A DNA stretch of 47,323 bases from Guillardia theta CCMP2712 (taxonomy: Eukaryota > Protista > Cryptophyta), in contig NW_005434453.1 of the NCBI RefSeq assembly GCF_000315625.1, forward strand, positions 23,414-70,736. Reading direction: 5' to 3'. The notes beneath the pieces are model-generated. The model was not told the DNA's origin. It saw only the letters and a program-made list of their open reading frames with translations, and did not search any database. A program made the position numbers and the translations under genes. Positions 1 through 12,800 of this stretch are shown piece by piece. Each line of letters begins with the position of its first letter. The first letter of the stretch is position 1.

Positions 1-400
1 GGGAGAGGCGGGTCTTGCCGGAGCATGCGCGGCTATGGCGGCGTCGGGCGTCGGCGTCCCAGCGGGGCTGGATATCAGCAGGGGAGGAGACGGGGGGAAG
101 GAGGGGGGGAGGGGAGGGGGCAGTCGACGGGCTGTCGACGGGGAGGGCGAGGAGGTCGAGGAAGGCGGCGTCAGCGTCGTCCATGTCAGGGAAGAGCAGA
201 GGCTGGAGGTCGTCGGGAAGGGAGGCAGAAGGATGGAGAGTGGGGAGAGCAGGGTCGCAGGGGAGGAGGGAGTTGTAGCGGAGGCCGAGGGCTTCAGAAG
301 GAGTTGCAAAGGGATGGAAGGGGTAAGTTGGATCATATTGAGGTTCCAAGGTGGAAGAATCAGTGTCTGTAAGAGAGAATGGTAGGAACAATGTCATCAT
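1..400 (-). CDS. HTH-domain family protein, copy 1 (3' end runs off the window)
   Basis: ATG at 400 opens MMTLFLPFS...LQPLLFPDMDDADAAFLDLLALPVDSPSTAPSP...PRWDADARRRHSRACSGKTRL. The core matches copies 2-4; the N-terminus differs. Confidence 0.6.
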   Translation of the reverse strand, partial: MMTLFLPFSLTDTDSSTLEPQYDPTYPFHPFATPSEALGLRYNSLLPCDPALPTLHPSASLPDDLQPLLFPDMDDADAAFLDLLALPVDSPSTAPSPPPLLPPVSSPADIQPRWDADARRRHSRACSGKTRLS

Positions 401-1780
401 TGAAGAGGGAATGGAGATGAAGACAGCAAAGAAATTTTGGATTCGAAGACTTGTCTGAATTTGCAGATCAGGATGAGAGGGAAACAATTGTTTCACGGAA
501 GTGAATGTTTCCGAAGCAAGTGCAGAGGCAGGAGCAGAGTGAATGTAGCAATGAGTGGGACTAGAGCAGGAGGAGTGACTGCCAAGTGGTGTGGGGAAGG
601 TGAGTAGTGGAGGATGAAGCAGGAGGAGGAGGAGGAGGGGTAAGGGTCAATGCCACGAGTTGAAAGGAGATTCTTTTAAAATGGAGATTGTAGGGTGGGC
701 CAGGTTTACTTCGGACCTCTACCCCTACCCCCTACACTGACTGCTTTTTAGAGGAACCCCCTTGGATGAATAAATTGTTTTTTTTTGTTTTTTTTGGTAC
801 TTTTGATATTCCCCACCTGCTCGTCCCCTACCCCTAAGGTCAGAGTTTTCCTATGTTGAGCTATAGTGCAAGAAGGCTCCCCCCACAGCACCGGATGTCA
901 CAATTCTAATTTTCAAACATTCCCCCAGAACAAAGGACCATCTTCCCCCGAACCCTGCGCACCCTTCCAAGGCCTTCAACGGCCATTTTCCGTGTACAGA
1001 GACGAAATCGTGTCTTTTCGGATCCTCCTATAGGGTGCTCAGTGCCTACAATTCACTCACCAAAGATAAGTTCATACGAGTTGGGCGAGTGTCCGATCGC
1101 TCAGTGACTCCCGCCTTCACCCGGAATAGCCCGGCCCGGGCCCGGCGCCCGGCGCCGCGCCCGGGAGCCGGAAAACCGTGAAATACTGAACTCACAAAGT
1201 AAAGTGACGGAAATAGACAAAAACTGTAGAGCCTCGGAGTACCGCAGTCGGACAAAGAAGGGGTCCTCTTTTCCTTGTGACGAGGAGGGGTCCTGGCCTG
1301 TTGAGGAAAGTTGAAGCGGGGGAACGAGGGCCGAAGTTACCGTTACAAGCACGTGGAGCGGCTGACTGACTCTCCGTGCGAAGAGTCGACCCATTGATAG
1401 CCAAGGTTGGGGCTGATTGCGATAATTTTTTTTCTCGAGATTTTTTTTTCGCAATCAACACTTTTTTTATGCACCGATCGAGACACTACCCGTCATTGAA
1501 AGGGGAAAGCATCGGGACGGGTGGAGACTGAACAATGTTCAAGAAAAAAAAAGATAACACATGGAAACAACCAAGTACCGGACAGGCAGAAAAGTAACGG
1601 ATTCCAGGGGGTGGGGGTGGCGGTAAGAAGTACACCCTTTTCTTGCGATGTTTCGTTGTCCTTGTCGACAGACACGATTTCAGCAGCCCTCCCCCTCCTG
1701 TCCCTAGCCTCTCCCTTCTCTCGTTGAGCTCCTTGTGCCCTATCCTTGTGCACTCTACTTCTGCTCCTCCCCCTACTTCC

Positions 1781-2464
1781 ATGGCCTTCCTTGTCTCCGA
1801 CCTCCTCCCCATCGGCTTCTCCGACGACCTCGACCCCTACTCCCACTGCCCCTTCCTCCGCCTCCCCCTCCCTCCCGCAAGCTCCGGCACAAACTGCGAA
1901 TGTGGATTACACCTTAACCCCCTGATCCCCTGCTACCTCTGCTCTTCTCTCCCTCCCCTGCTCTTCCCTGGCATGGACGACGCTGACGCCGCCTTCCTCG
2001 ACCTCCTCGCCCTCCCCGTCGACAGCCCGTCGACTGCCCCATCCCCTTCCCCCCTCCTTTCCCCCGTCTCCTCCCCTGCTGATATCCAGCCTCGCTGGGA
2101 CGCCGACGCCCGACGCCGCCACAGCCGCGCATGCTCCGGCAAGACCCGCCTCTCCCCCCGGGACAAGCTCGACATCATCAGCCTCTACTACCTGTCCGAC
2201 GTCTCGCCGCTGAGCAGCCGGAGGGCGGTACACCAGTGGGACCTGGCGGTGAGGTACGGGAAGAGCCGGGCGGCGATCAGCAAGCTGCTGAAGCCGGAGT
2301 ACGCGAGGAAGGTGGTAACGTCGGGAGAGGGGGGGAAGGTGAAGAACAAGGCGAAGATCCTGCGGAGGATCAAGGAGGAGGAGGCAAGCAAGAGGGAGCA
2401 GGGAGGGGAGGGAGGGAGAGGCAGGCAGGAGGAGCGGGCAGCAGGAGGACGTCAGCATGTGTGA
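1781..2464 (+). CDS. Small CENP-B-N/psq-like helix-turn-helix protein, copy 2
   Basis: In-frame ATG at 1781 within ORF 1643..2464. RLSPRDKLDIISLYY...HQWDLAVRYGKSRAAISKLLK resembles the CENP-B N-terminal/psq HTH pattern. No transposase catalytic domain follows. Confidence 0.6.
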   Translation: MAFLVSDLLPIGFSDDLDPYSHCPFLRLPLPPASSGTNCECGLHLNPLIPCYLCSSLPPLLFPGMDDADAAFLDLLALPVDSPSTAPSPSPLLSPVSSPADIQPRWDADARRRHSRACSGKTRLSPRDKLDIISLYYLSDVSPLSSRRAVHQWDLAVRYGKSRAAISKLLKPEYARKVVTSGEGGKVKNKAKILRRIKEEEASKREQGGEGGRGRQEERAAGGRQHV

Positions 2465-2599
2465 CGGAGACACAGTGGCAGGACTGGGGACTATTTGTGT
2501 GTGAGTTTTTGTTGATTTGGAATGAAGGAGAGAAGCCTGGGACGATGTCCGAGACTGGCTGCTGCATGCGGAGTTGTGGGGGAAGGGGGAGAGTGTAGA

Positions 2600-3427
2600 T
2601 GCGACAGACTGACTGAGAGACTGAAGTACATGTCCAGACTTGCTGCTGCCTCGACTCCGCCACTAATATCAGAGTCGCTGGTGTACCTCTTGACCCCTAC
2701 ACTCCCAGTACTGCACTAATCTGTATGACTCCGACGGCAGCAATCAGAACGCGACTCGGAAGTATCTCAAGCCTGAGGGCCGCTGGGTCTTGCAGTACTG
2801 CCTTGCTCCCTGCTTCCCTCGCTCCCACCCCTGCCTCCTTTCCTTCTTTCCCCTGCTCCCGCCCAGCTGGCTGCACCTTGCATCTATCCCTGACTGTTTC
2901 AACTGGACTACTTTCGTTTGAGTGAGGACAACACCGTTGGAATCGCAGTCAAGAGCTTGCCTGCGAGATCAGTGAGGGAGGCTTGATGCGCAAACTCTGA
3001 TGCCCAACAGGGGTTGTACTCCAGAGGTCTAGTAGCCGTTAGGACCCTTGCTGCCCTTGTGGCTGGAAGAGAAGACCATACTTCTCTTGCTGCCCACTCC
3101 TGCTGAATAAGATTCCTTCCTGCGGGGGCTTGAGCTCGCCTTGGCAGAGCTCTGATAGAATCTTTGACGAGCGGCTGTTTGTAGAGTCCTACTGTTACCT
3201 ACCTAGTCCTACCTGTGGTTGAGGGGTCCGCACTGCTGTAACGCCGCGAGTCTCAGCCCCCGCCGCGTACTGAAGAGAGCGGCCTAGCACAGCGAGCTCA
3301 CCTCAGACTGGACCTACCCAAGGCCCGGTAAGGGACGTGCCAGACCAGTGTGTGTTGGCTTGCCAGGGGGGTCACCGGGTGTGCCAAGTTGTTGTGTGAG
3401 AATAAAGAGAGATAGATCTCCTTCGCA
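2600..3427. mobile_element. LTR-like element (possible solo LTR); left boundary uncertain
   Basis: TGCGA...TCGCA termini and AATAAA near the 3' end. 3294-3318 recurs at 7273-7297 and 3389-3422 recurs at 9748-9781. No target-site duplication found. Confidence 0.35.
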
Positions 3428-4368
3428 CTGCTGCCAGTAGCTTAGCCTTGATCGTCAACTTTGCAAAATCATGCAAACGACTGTTCATACTAGACGGCCT
3501 TAGTAGCAAGGAGCACTAGCCCTAGTCCTTCCCTCCGCACCGTCCTGTCGGCGGACGATTGGATCTTCAGGGGGCCGCAATGTGGACTCTTCAACGGCGC
3601 TGCAGTGCCGCCATCGGCGCACCGTCACTGATACCGTGACAGTGACGGCGGCCGGGCCGCAGGGGATGCCCGGGCGGGGGTCGTCCACTAGGGCATGAAC
3701 TAGGATCAGAGGTGATTCCGAAGTTGAAACGAGGAAGCGACTGAAATAGAGAAACTTGAAACCAACTTATCAGTGGACTCCCGGGGGTCAACCGTCTCAA
3801 CGGCCTCGCTGTGCCTCTAGGGGTCATATGAAGGTAGTTCGGAGGGGTGGTGAAGGATCCGTTACGCAGTTTGCTGACAAGGTTTTTTTTTTACATCAAC
3901 ATTTTTTTTCCACCCACCCACTGCCCCTCAGAGTCGGTGACACATCCGGTACCACCCGTACTCGCTTGGGAGTGGGATAGGTCAACAGCCAGGTGGGGGT
4001 AGTGTGTGATCCTTGTATGGAGGGGTTCAGATCTGATAGGGGTGGAAGGATTCAACTTATCCTGAAGTACCCACCTGTGGTGTAAATAATTCCTAAACAC
4101 AGGGGGTGGAGGGTAGCACGAAGTGGTTAAAAAATCCCTGGCCCACGTCCTCACGCTCGCCTCCTCCTCCTCCACCACCACCAGAACCTCCTCCTCCTCC
4201 TCATCCACTTGACCGCTATCCTCCTCCTCTTCCACCACCACCACCTCCTCCTCTTCCTGTGCTGTTCTCTGCTTTCCTTCCATCTGCTTGTTCCCTCCTT
4301 TCCTTGCTTCTGCTATCCTGCGGCAGTTCAGTTCTCTGTTCACTTGTCCTCTCTCACTGCCCTCTTCC

Positions 4369-5070
4369 ATGGCCTTCCTTGTCTCCGACCTTCTCCCCGT
4401 CAGCTTCTCCGACGACCTCGACCCCTACTCCCACTGCCCCTTCCTCCGCCTCCCCCTCCCTCCCGCAAGCCCCGGTGAATGCTGTGGCTGCAGCTTCCAG
4501 CTCTGCTCCTCCCCCCCCTGCGCCCTCTGGCCTGGTTTCGATCCTGTCTTCCCTGCCCCCTCCCTGACCGACGACGTCCAGCCTCTCGCCCTTCCCGTCG
4601 ACAGCCCGTCGACTGCCCCCTCCCCTCCCCCCCTCCTTCCCCCCGTCTCCTCCCCTGCTGATATCCAGCCCCGCTGGGACGCCGACGCCCGACGCCGCCA
4701 TAGCCGCGCATGCTCCGGCAAGACCCGCCTCTCCCCCCGGGACAAGCTCGACATCATCAGCCTCTACTACCTGTCCGACGTCTCGCCGCTGAGCAGCCGG
4801 AGGGCGGTACACCAGTGGGACCTGGCGGTGAGGTACGGGAAGAGCCGGGCGGCGATCAGCAAGCTGCTGAAGCCGGAGTACGCGAGGAAGGTGGTAACGT
4901 CGGGAGAGGGGGGGAAGGTGCAGAACAAGGCGAAGATCCTGGAGAGGATCAAGGAGGAGGAGGCAAGCAAGAGGGAGCAGGGAGGGGAAGGAGGGAGAGA
5001 GGCGGGAGGATGGGGGGAGAGTAGAGCAAGAGTGACGGTCATGGGTACAGGATATCGTAGGAGTTTGTGA
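4369..5070 (+). CDS. HTH-domain family protein, copy 3
   Basis: ATG 4369 (MAFLVSDLLPVSFSDDLDPYSHCPF). The HTH core is near-identical to copy 2; the Cys/Pro-rich middle segment differs. Confidence 0.6.
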   Translation: MAFLVSDLLPVSFSDDLDPYSHCPFLRLPLPPASPGECCGCSFQLCSSPPCALWPGFDPVFPAPSLTDDVQPLALPVDSPSTAPSPPPLLPPVSSPADIQPRWDADARRRHSRACSGKTRLSPRDKLDIISLYYLSDVSPLSSRRAVHQWDLAVRYGKSRAAISKLLKPEYARKVVTSGEGGKVQNKAKILERIKEEEASKREQGGEGGREAGGWGESRARVTVMGTGYRRSL

Positions 5071-6067
5071 ACCATTTGTTGATTTGGAATGAAGGAGAGA
5101 AGCCTGGGACAATGTCCGAGACTGGCTGCTGTGTGCAGAGGTCTGGGGGAAGCACTTGTGATAGCAAGGCTGACAGGTTTCGGGAGGGAGAGCTTTTAGA
5201 TACCAGCAGTTACTCTGAGACAAGTACAAGTCAGTAAGTTATTTCAAAAGTATGTAGTATGACAGCAGGACTGTAGAAGTGAAGCAAGTTGGGCCGAGGC
5301 TGCTGTCAGACTCTTCTCAGTAGTGTCTGCCTCAGGACGGTTGAAGGATCCGCCGGGCCGATCAGTTCCGGACTGTCAAAGTGGCGGACACGTGCGGCCA
5401 GCCCTTCCAGTCACAATCAACTTGCTAAGCTTCTAAGTGACTGATAGATTTGAGTGGCTGACCAACACACTGACCTTCCTTCCATAGCATATTCACTTGA
5501 CAAGCTCATGATATCTCGCAGGATTCTTGCGGAGCTCCACTCGCTCTGCACCAAGAGGTCACAGTCCGATAGCGCATTATCAGAGAGCAGCTAAGCATGC
5601 AAGACCAGGAGGGAATACGATTGCTTCTTGTTACTTTACTCAAAGCTCCTTCTTTCTTCAGTCAGTGCCCTTTCTTTCTTCAGTCCCTCGGTCTTGTTGG
5701 TTGGAGTTTTCGACAGAATTTTCAGAACTTCAGAAGCTGGTATTTCTTGAGATGACTGCAGACATGCTTCTCGATTGTCTACACTTTTTCCGCTCAAAAA
5801 GTCACGATGACACGCTGAAATCATAAGAGATTGCTGGCCTTCTCAAAGGTCAACGTTTCTCACTTGAGATGTGATCCTCTGGTTTCAATATCTCCGAACT
5901 CGAACGTACATGAGAGTATCCAAACAAGGAGAACAAATCTTGCAAATGCTAAAAACGCAGCGGCAGGAGGTCTCATACATTGTCCCAGGCTTCTCTCCTT
6001 CATTCCAAATCAACAAAAACCTCCACTCCAAAATCTACCATGTTGTATGCGTCACACTACTTTCCCT

Positions 6068-6764
6068 TCATTCTCTCACCAGACATGCTTGCTCACGCCT
6101 ATCGTCCCTTCCTTCGCCTTCCTGCCTGACCCTCCCCCTGCCTCCCCCTCCCTGCTCCCTCTTGCTTGCCTCCTCCTCCTTGATCCTCCGCAGGATCTTC
6201 GCCTTGTTCTGCACCTTCCCCCCCTCTCCCGACGTTACCACCTTCCTCGCGTACTCCGGCTTCAGCAGCTTGCTGATCGCCGCCCGGCTCTTCCCGTACC
6301 TCGCCGCCAGGTCCCACTGGTGTACCGCCCTCCGGCTGCTCAGCGGCGAGACGACGTCGGACAGGTAGTAGAGGCTGATGATGTCGAGCTTGTCCCGGGG
6401 GGAGAGGCGGGTCTTGCCGGAGCATGCGCGGCTATGGCGGCGTCGGGCGTCGGCGTCCCAGCGGGGCTGGATATCAGCAGGGGAGGAGGACGGGGGGGGG
6501 GGAGGGGGGGAGGGGGGGGCGAGTCGAGGGGCTGTCAACGGGAAGGGCGAGGAGGTCGAGGAAGGCGGCGTCAGCGTCGTCCATGCCTGAGAGGAGCAGA
6601 GACTGGAGGTCCTTTGTGGGAGGAAAACAGGTCAGTCCAAATTCGCAGCTTGTGCCGGAGCTTGCGGGAGGGAGGGGGAGGTGGAGGAAGGGGCAGTGGG
6701 AGTAGGGGTCGAGGTCGTCGGAGGAGCTGACGGGGAGGAGGTGGTCGCCATGAAGGGAAAGCAT
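6068..6764 (-). pseudogene. HTH-domain family protein, copy 4, frameshifted
   Basis: The N-part (ORF 6474..6764) and the HTH part (ORF 6068..6538) are in different frames, with the break in G-runs at ~6490-6520. This could be a homopolymer sequencing error. Confidence 0.55.
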
Positions 6765-8047
6765 GGAGGAGAAGGGCAGTGGGCAGGGAGGGCAGGGAGG
6801 GCAGTAAAGAGCAGGAACTTATAACAGGACACGCACCACCCCTTCCACCCCCTCGTAAGAGATATCAATCACCGGTAGTAGGAGTCAGTGATCTTTCTTT
6901 TTTTTTTCGACAACTTTCTTTTTTTTCACATTCAACACTTTTTCTTTGTCGACAACATGGCTACCCCTCCATTCCCCTTCATCCACCCACCCTCCTGCCC
7001 ATAGTCAGATCCCCATGAAAATCCGCCATCTGTGACATGTCCCCCACTATTGAAGCCTCCTGTACCCCTCATTCTCGCCCCGAAATGACCGGTACGCCTG
7101 TTACTTCTGAAATCTTTTGTGTTTCAATCGAAAAGAGTACTTTTGGACCGGCTGTTGTGGCTCATACTTATAGCACGGGTCCTAGGGGGCTAGATAGGGG
7201 GAAGCTATAGCGAGGGATGGGGCACATGACTATGGCCATTGGGTCGGGTCTATATCAGAGCCCTAGTAAACAGAGCTCACCTCAGACTGGACCTACCTAA
7301 GTCAAAGGGACAGCTCGCAAGGACTAGGCTCAGCCTTCACTGTCTATCCCTTAAGCGAGTCAGCCAAAAAATAGCCTCTAGTACATCACATGTAAGATTA
7401 AAACGCGGTACATCTATTTACAGCGGTAGATGTAGGATTCCGGGAGTTGCACTTTCACAGGGATAGACCACAATGTGAGGAATGATCAGCCATCAATATC
7501 ATTCGAAACCATGCTGCTCGAGCTTAGAATGGCGTTGAATGTTCCGACTGGGTCCCCCGCTGAACAACATATCGAACATGGACACTTTGTACTTGACATG
7601 CCATGTACATCTTCTACTATCGTCAGCGGGGTCGCGGGTGTTGTATGCAAGATTGCATAGCCAGTGTCTGCACTAAGGTCAGAACCTTCCTGCCTTTTAC
7701 AGACAGTATCACACTGCTCACCACTAACTCATTCTTCAGATGAGGCGATTGTGCCAAGAAGGTCCCGACATCTCCCCTCCGCAGCCGGAGGTCACAGCGC
7801 TGCGTACAGGGATGAAGCCTGATGATGCACGCACATGATACCGGGGCATGTTCCTTTCTCACGCGAGTTTGGTTCAAACCCTACAGACCCTTTGTCTCCT
7901 CCTCCTGCCACACCCGGGGAGGATGATCCGGGTCCGGAAGATCTCGATGACAGTGAGCTTTACACTATCTGTGGGAATCGCAAGAAAACGTGTCGAGGTG
8001 CCCAAGGAAAGGAAAGCAAAGAAGACTGCAACGCGAAGTCATGACGA

Positions 8048-8900
8048 TTGCGAAGAAGCGCAGCAAGAAGAATATGGATATCGAATTGTTTGACAAGGGA
8101 GGAAATAATGATGGTATATCAATGCAAGTATATGCGTGATGTGTTTCTGGGAAACGCTATGACTTTCACAGGGGGAAAGATTATCATCCATGCTATCCCT
8201 AACCTGTCCGAAGCGATCATTCAGGATGTAAGTGATATTTCTAAATGTATCAGCTGCGACGTGGTGGAGAGTTGGCTGCATCTGGTTAAGTGGAGATCTG
8301 ACTGCATCCGGGACACTGGTTGTACCAGGCACATGAAGCCTCGGAACATTGACTTTGTCTCTACTTATTTCTATCCCAATCTGGAGTTGCTACATACCAG
8401 TGGCGCGGCATTGGACACCGTGACTGCGACAGGAGGATATGAAGAGCTTTTGCGTTATTGGAAACGCATGCGCAGAGAGGGGTACATGTTTTATTCCCGC
8501 GTTTAAACCCGGACACTGGTGTTTGTTAATTGCCTACATGGGAGAGAGACGAATTACTTGTACACCAACCACGAGTGACGACCATTTGGGGATGCAGATT
8601 GTATGACCCCAACGGAATGACCGGTATCGGCGTTTTGAACCAGAATAGAAGGTATGTGGAACCTGACAACCAACGGAAAAGTACATGGCTTACGACCGGG
8701 TTGCCCTGTGTGGGGCATACATGCTTCTGGAAGTACCTACGCGGCAAATGGCAGGCAGAGGATACGTTAGGGAGGACATACGACAAGCAAGTTATGAGAC
8801 AAGGACAGGTACGCTGATGTTGTATATGAGCAGGTGCATCGCTCATGGTATATCAGCAGGTGCCAATGCAGGAAGAAAGTTGCTGCTGGAGAGGGCATCG
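8048..8900 (+). pseudogene. Degraded Ulp1/C48 protease-like frame
   Basis: ISCDVVESWLHLVKWRS...IDFVSTYFYPNL...GGYEELLRYWKR, then RLYDPNG and VPMQEESCC in later frames, follow the motif order of Ulp1-family proteases. Stops and frameshifts are present and the catalytic His is not recognisable. Confidence 0.35.
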
Positions 8901-9340
8901 ACAACTTTGGACAGAAGGACATACCCCTCATGCGACAAGGAATAGCAAAGTTGCTGAGGGAGCAGTTCAAGAGGTTCCGATCAGTCAGTGGTTTCATGAA
9001 GCAAAAGTAGCACAGAGTGACCGGATGGGACTGACAGGTTCGGCGCTGCCCAGGTGGCAGTCGGGCTGGGCGGCCGTTACAGTGCTAAGTTTCCGAGTTC
9101 GGTAATTAGGTCTCGTCAGTGGAGTGACGGAAGCTCAGCGTTGAAGGAAGAAGCACTCGCTGCCGTGCCCCCGCCGCACCTCCGCGTCGGTCGAGCAGCG
9201 CATCGACGACCAGCGCGGGACGTTCCGCTCCAGGAAGTCCCTGACCGTGCGGCTGCGCAGGGCGGAGTCGCCGACGGGCACGCCGAAGTGGAACGCCTGC
9301 AGGAGTCAGGCATCTATCAGCAGTAGCTACTGCAGTTACT

Positions 9341-9790
9341 ATGGCGCCTGATCGACACGATCCTTGTACTTGGCGTCAAGCGCTGCTCTCTCCTGACCGT
9401 GATTCTTGGCAACAAGCAGAGTGTGAATCTGCTGTAAAGGACCCCTCTGGAGGTCGTCGTTGCAGGAACCGTCTACCCGTGGTGGCCTACCAGCTGAAGA
9501 TGACGGATGAGTCTTGTGGAGTACAACCCGTTGGAAGCAGCCTGCTGGCATGCGAGGACGGGGTTCTCTTCCCTGCGAGAGAGCAAGGTTGCCGCTCGAG
9601 GGGCTGACGGGATTTTCAACATCTAAGGAGGAAAGCTTGTCAACTTCCAAGGAGAGATCACCCCTACTTTCCTCAGCCAAGAGACGGGTACTCCTGTCTC
9701 CTTCCTCGCGCGTTTGTGCCACATCAGTGTGTGTTGGTTTGTTTTGTTTGTTGTGTGAGAATAAAGAGAGATAGATCTCCTCCTGTCACA
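9341..9790 (+). mobile_element. Ty1/copia pol fragment followed by an LTR-like end
   Basis: DPCTWRQALLSPDRDSWQQAE resembles the copia pre-RT motif (EPxTxxEALxxxxxxxWxxAM). AATAAA and a TGTCACA end at 9790; 34 nt shared with 3389-3422. Confidence 0.45.
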
Positions 9791-9848
9791 CTGCTTTTCG
9801 CTTAGCAGAGAAATTCCAAAGCAAGTTCTTGTTGAGCTCCGTTGAAGA

Positions 9849-12800
9849 TCAATCCTGTAAAGCCTCGGGATGTGACACCGTGGCCTTGGCCTGAGAAAGG
9901 TACTCCCCCGTCTCCTCCGCCGTCCGCGATGGCGCGGCTCCTGCGTCCTCGTGCGCGTCGACGTCCTCGTCGGGGTGCTGGGCCTGCCCCTTCTCGCTCC
10001 CAGGGCCCCCATGCCCACCGTCCGCGACGTACCTGCTGATCCCTCCAGCTATCCTGACCAGCGTCACAAAGGAGAGGATCCGGCCGATCATCATAGTCTT
10101 CGTGCCTTCCTCTTTGCAGCGGTAGTACTGCATCCAAACGCGCCCCATGCAGTGCGTATAGACGAGGTTCCTCTGCTTCGTCGCCTGCAGGGACGTAAAC
10201 TCCAGCACGCTCTTGGATCCCTCTCCTGCTGCTCGCGTGTACCACCTCACCGTCTGCTCCACAGCGTCTGACAGGCTCATGCTCGAGCCCGAGCAAGGCC
10301 CTATGGAGAGCTCGTGGACGGTGAAGCAGCGGCGGACACAGAGGAGACGCGGCGGATCGACAGCTCCTGCGAGTCGGCGTGTAGGTCAAGCTGTCGTCGC
10401 ACAGGAGCTTGACCACGAGGTCGACGGCAGATACCGTCCTGTCGACGTCAGCCGTGGCCTTGGCGTGAGAAAGGTACTCCCCCGTCTCCTCCGCCGTCCG
10501 CGATGGTGCGGCTCCTGCGTCCTCGTGCGCGTCGACGTCCTCGTCGGGGTGCTGGGCCTGCCCTTCCTCGCTCCCAGGGGCCCCCATGCCCACCGTCCGC
10601 GACGTACCTGCTGATCCCTCCAGCTATCCTGACCAGCTTCACAAAGGAGAGGATCCGGCCGATCATCATAGTCTTCGTGCCTTCCTCTTTGCAGCGGTAG
10701 TACTGCATCCAAACGCGCCCCATGCAGTGCGTATAGACGAGGTTCCTCTGCTTCGTCGCCTGCAGGGACGTAAACTCCAGCACGCTCTTGGATCCCTCTC
10801 CTGCTGCTCGCGTGTACCACCTCACCGTCTGCTCCACAGCGTCTGACAGGCTCATGCTCGAGCCCGAGCAAGGCCCTATGGAGAGCTCGTGGACGGTGAA
10901 GGAGGCGGCGGACACAGAGGAGACGCGGCGGATCGACAGCTCCTGCGAGTCGGCGTGTAGGTCAAAGCTGTCGTCGCACAGGAGCTTGACCACGAGGTCG
11001 ACGGCAGATACCGTCCTGTCGACGTCAGCCGTGGCCTTGGCGTGAGAAAGGTACTCCCCCGTCTCCTCCGCCGTCCGCGATGGCGCGGCTCCTGCGTCCT
11101 CGTGCGCGTCGACGTCCTCGTCGGGGTGCTGGGCCTGCCCCTTCTCGCTCCCAGGGCCCCCATGCCCACCGTCCGCGACGTACCTGCTGATCCCTCCAGC
11201 TATCCTGACCAGCGTCACAAAGGAGGGGGTCGGGCCGATCATCATAGTCTTCGTGCCTTCCTCTTTGCAGCGGTAGTACTGCATCCAAACGCGCCCCATG
11301 CAGTGCGTATAGACGAGGTTCCTCTGCTTCGTCGCCTGCAGGGACGTAAACTCCAGCACGCTCTTGGATCCCTCTCCTGCTGCTCGCGTGTACCACCTCA
11401 CCGTCTGCTCCACAGCGTCTGACAGGCTCATGCTCGAGCCCGAGCAAGGCCCTATGGAGAGCACGTGGACGGTGAAGGAGGCGGCGGACACAGAGGAGAC
11501 GCGGCGGATCGATAGCTCCTGCGAGTCGGCGTGTAGGTCAAAGCTGTCGTCGCACAGGAGCTTGACCACGAGGTCGACGGCAGATACCGTCCTGTCGACG
11601 TCAGCCGTGGCCTTGGCGTGAGAAAGGTACTCCCCCGTCTCCTCCGCCGTCCGCGATGGTGCGGCTCCTGCGTCCTCGTGCGCGTCGACGTCCTCGTCGG
11701 GGTGCTGGGCCTGCCCTTCCTCGCTCCCAGGGCCCCCATGCCCACCATCAGCGACGTACCTGCTGATCCCTCCAGCTATCCTGACCAGCGTCACAAAGGA
11801 GGGGGTCGGGCCGATCATCATAGTCTTCGTGCCTTCCTCTTTGCAGCGGTAGTACTGCATCCAAACGCGCCCCATGCAGTGCGTATAGACGAGGTTCCTC
11901 TGCTTCGTCGCCTGCAGGGACGTAAACTCCAGCACGCTCTTGGATCCCTCTCCTGCTGCTCGCGTGTACCACCTCACCGTCTGCTCCACAGCGTCTGACA
12001 GGCTCATGCTCGAGCCCGAGCAAGGCCCTATGGAGAGCACGTGGACGGTGAAGGAGGCGGCGGACACAGAGGAGACGCGGCGGATCGACAGCTCCTGCGA
12101 GTCGGCGTGTAGGTCAAAGCTGTCGTCGCACAGGAGCTTGACCACGAGGTCGACGGCAGATACCGTCCTGTCGACGTCAGCCGTGGCCTTGGCGTGAGAA
12201 AGGTACTCCCCCGTCTCCTCCGCCGTCCGCGATGGCGCGGCTCCTGCGTCCTCGTGCGCGTCGACGTCCTCGTCGGGGTGCTGGGCCTGCCCCTTTCTCG
12301 CCCCCAGTGCTGTTGTCCCTGATCCATGTGCTCATCCCTCCAGCCTTTCTGATGAGTTTTAGAAGCTCACGTTTATGGCCCACCATTAACTTGTATGTGC
12401 CTTCCTCCTTGCAGCGAAAGCTATCAATCGCAGCCTTCCCCTCAACAAGCGATGCAACGAGCTTCTTTTCTTCCTTAGTCTGCAGGGACGTAAACTCCAG
12501 CACTCTTGTAGATCGCCTTCCTGCTGCTCGCGTGTACCACCTCACCGTCTGCTCCACAGCGTCTGACAGGCTCATGCTCGAGCCCGAGCAAGGCCCTATG
12601 GAGAGCTCGTGGACGGTGAAGGAGGCGGCGGACACAGAGGAGACGCGGCGGATCGACAGCTCCTGCGAGTCGGCGTGTAGGTCAAAGCTGTCGTCGCACA
12701 GGAGCTTGACCACGAGGTCGACGGCAGATACCGTCCTGTCGACGTCAGCCGTGGCCTTGGCGTGAGAAAGGTACTCCCCCGTCTCCTCCGCCGTCCGCGA

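Noticed and set aside
4354-6730. Long ORFs 4354..5229 (-) and 5831..6730 (+)
   Set aside because: Antisense frames of the GC-rich HTH copies.
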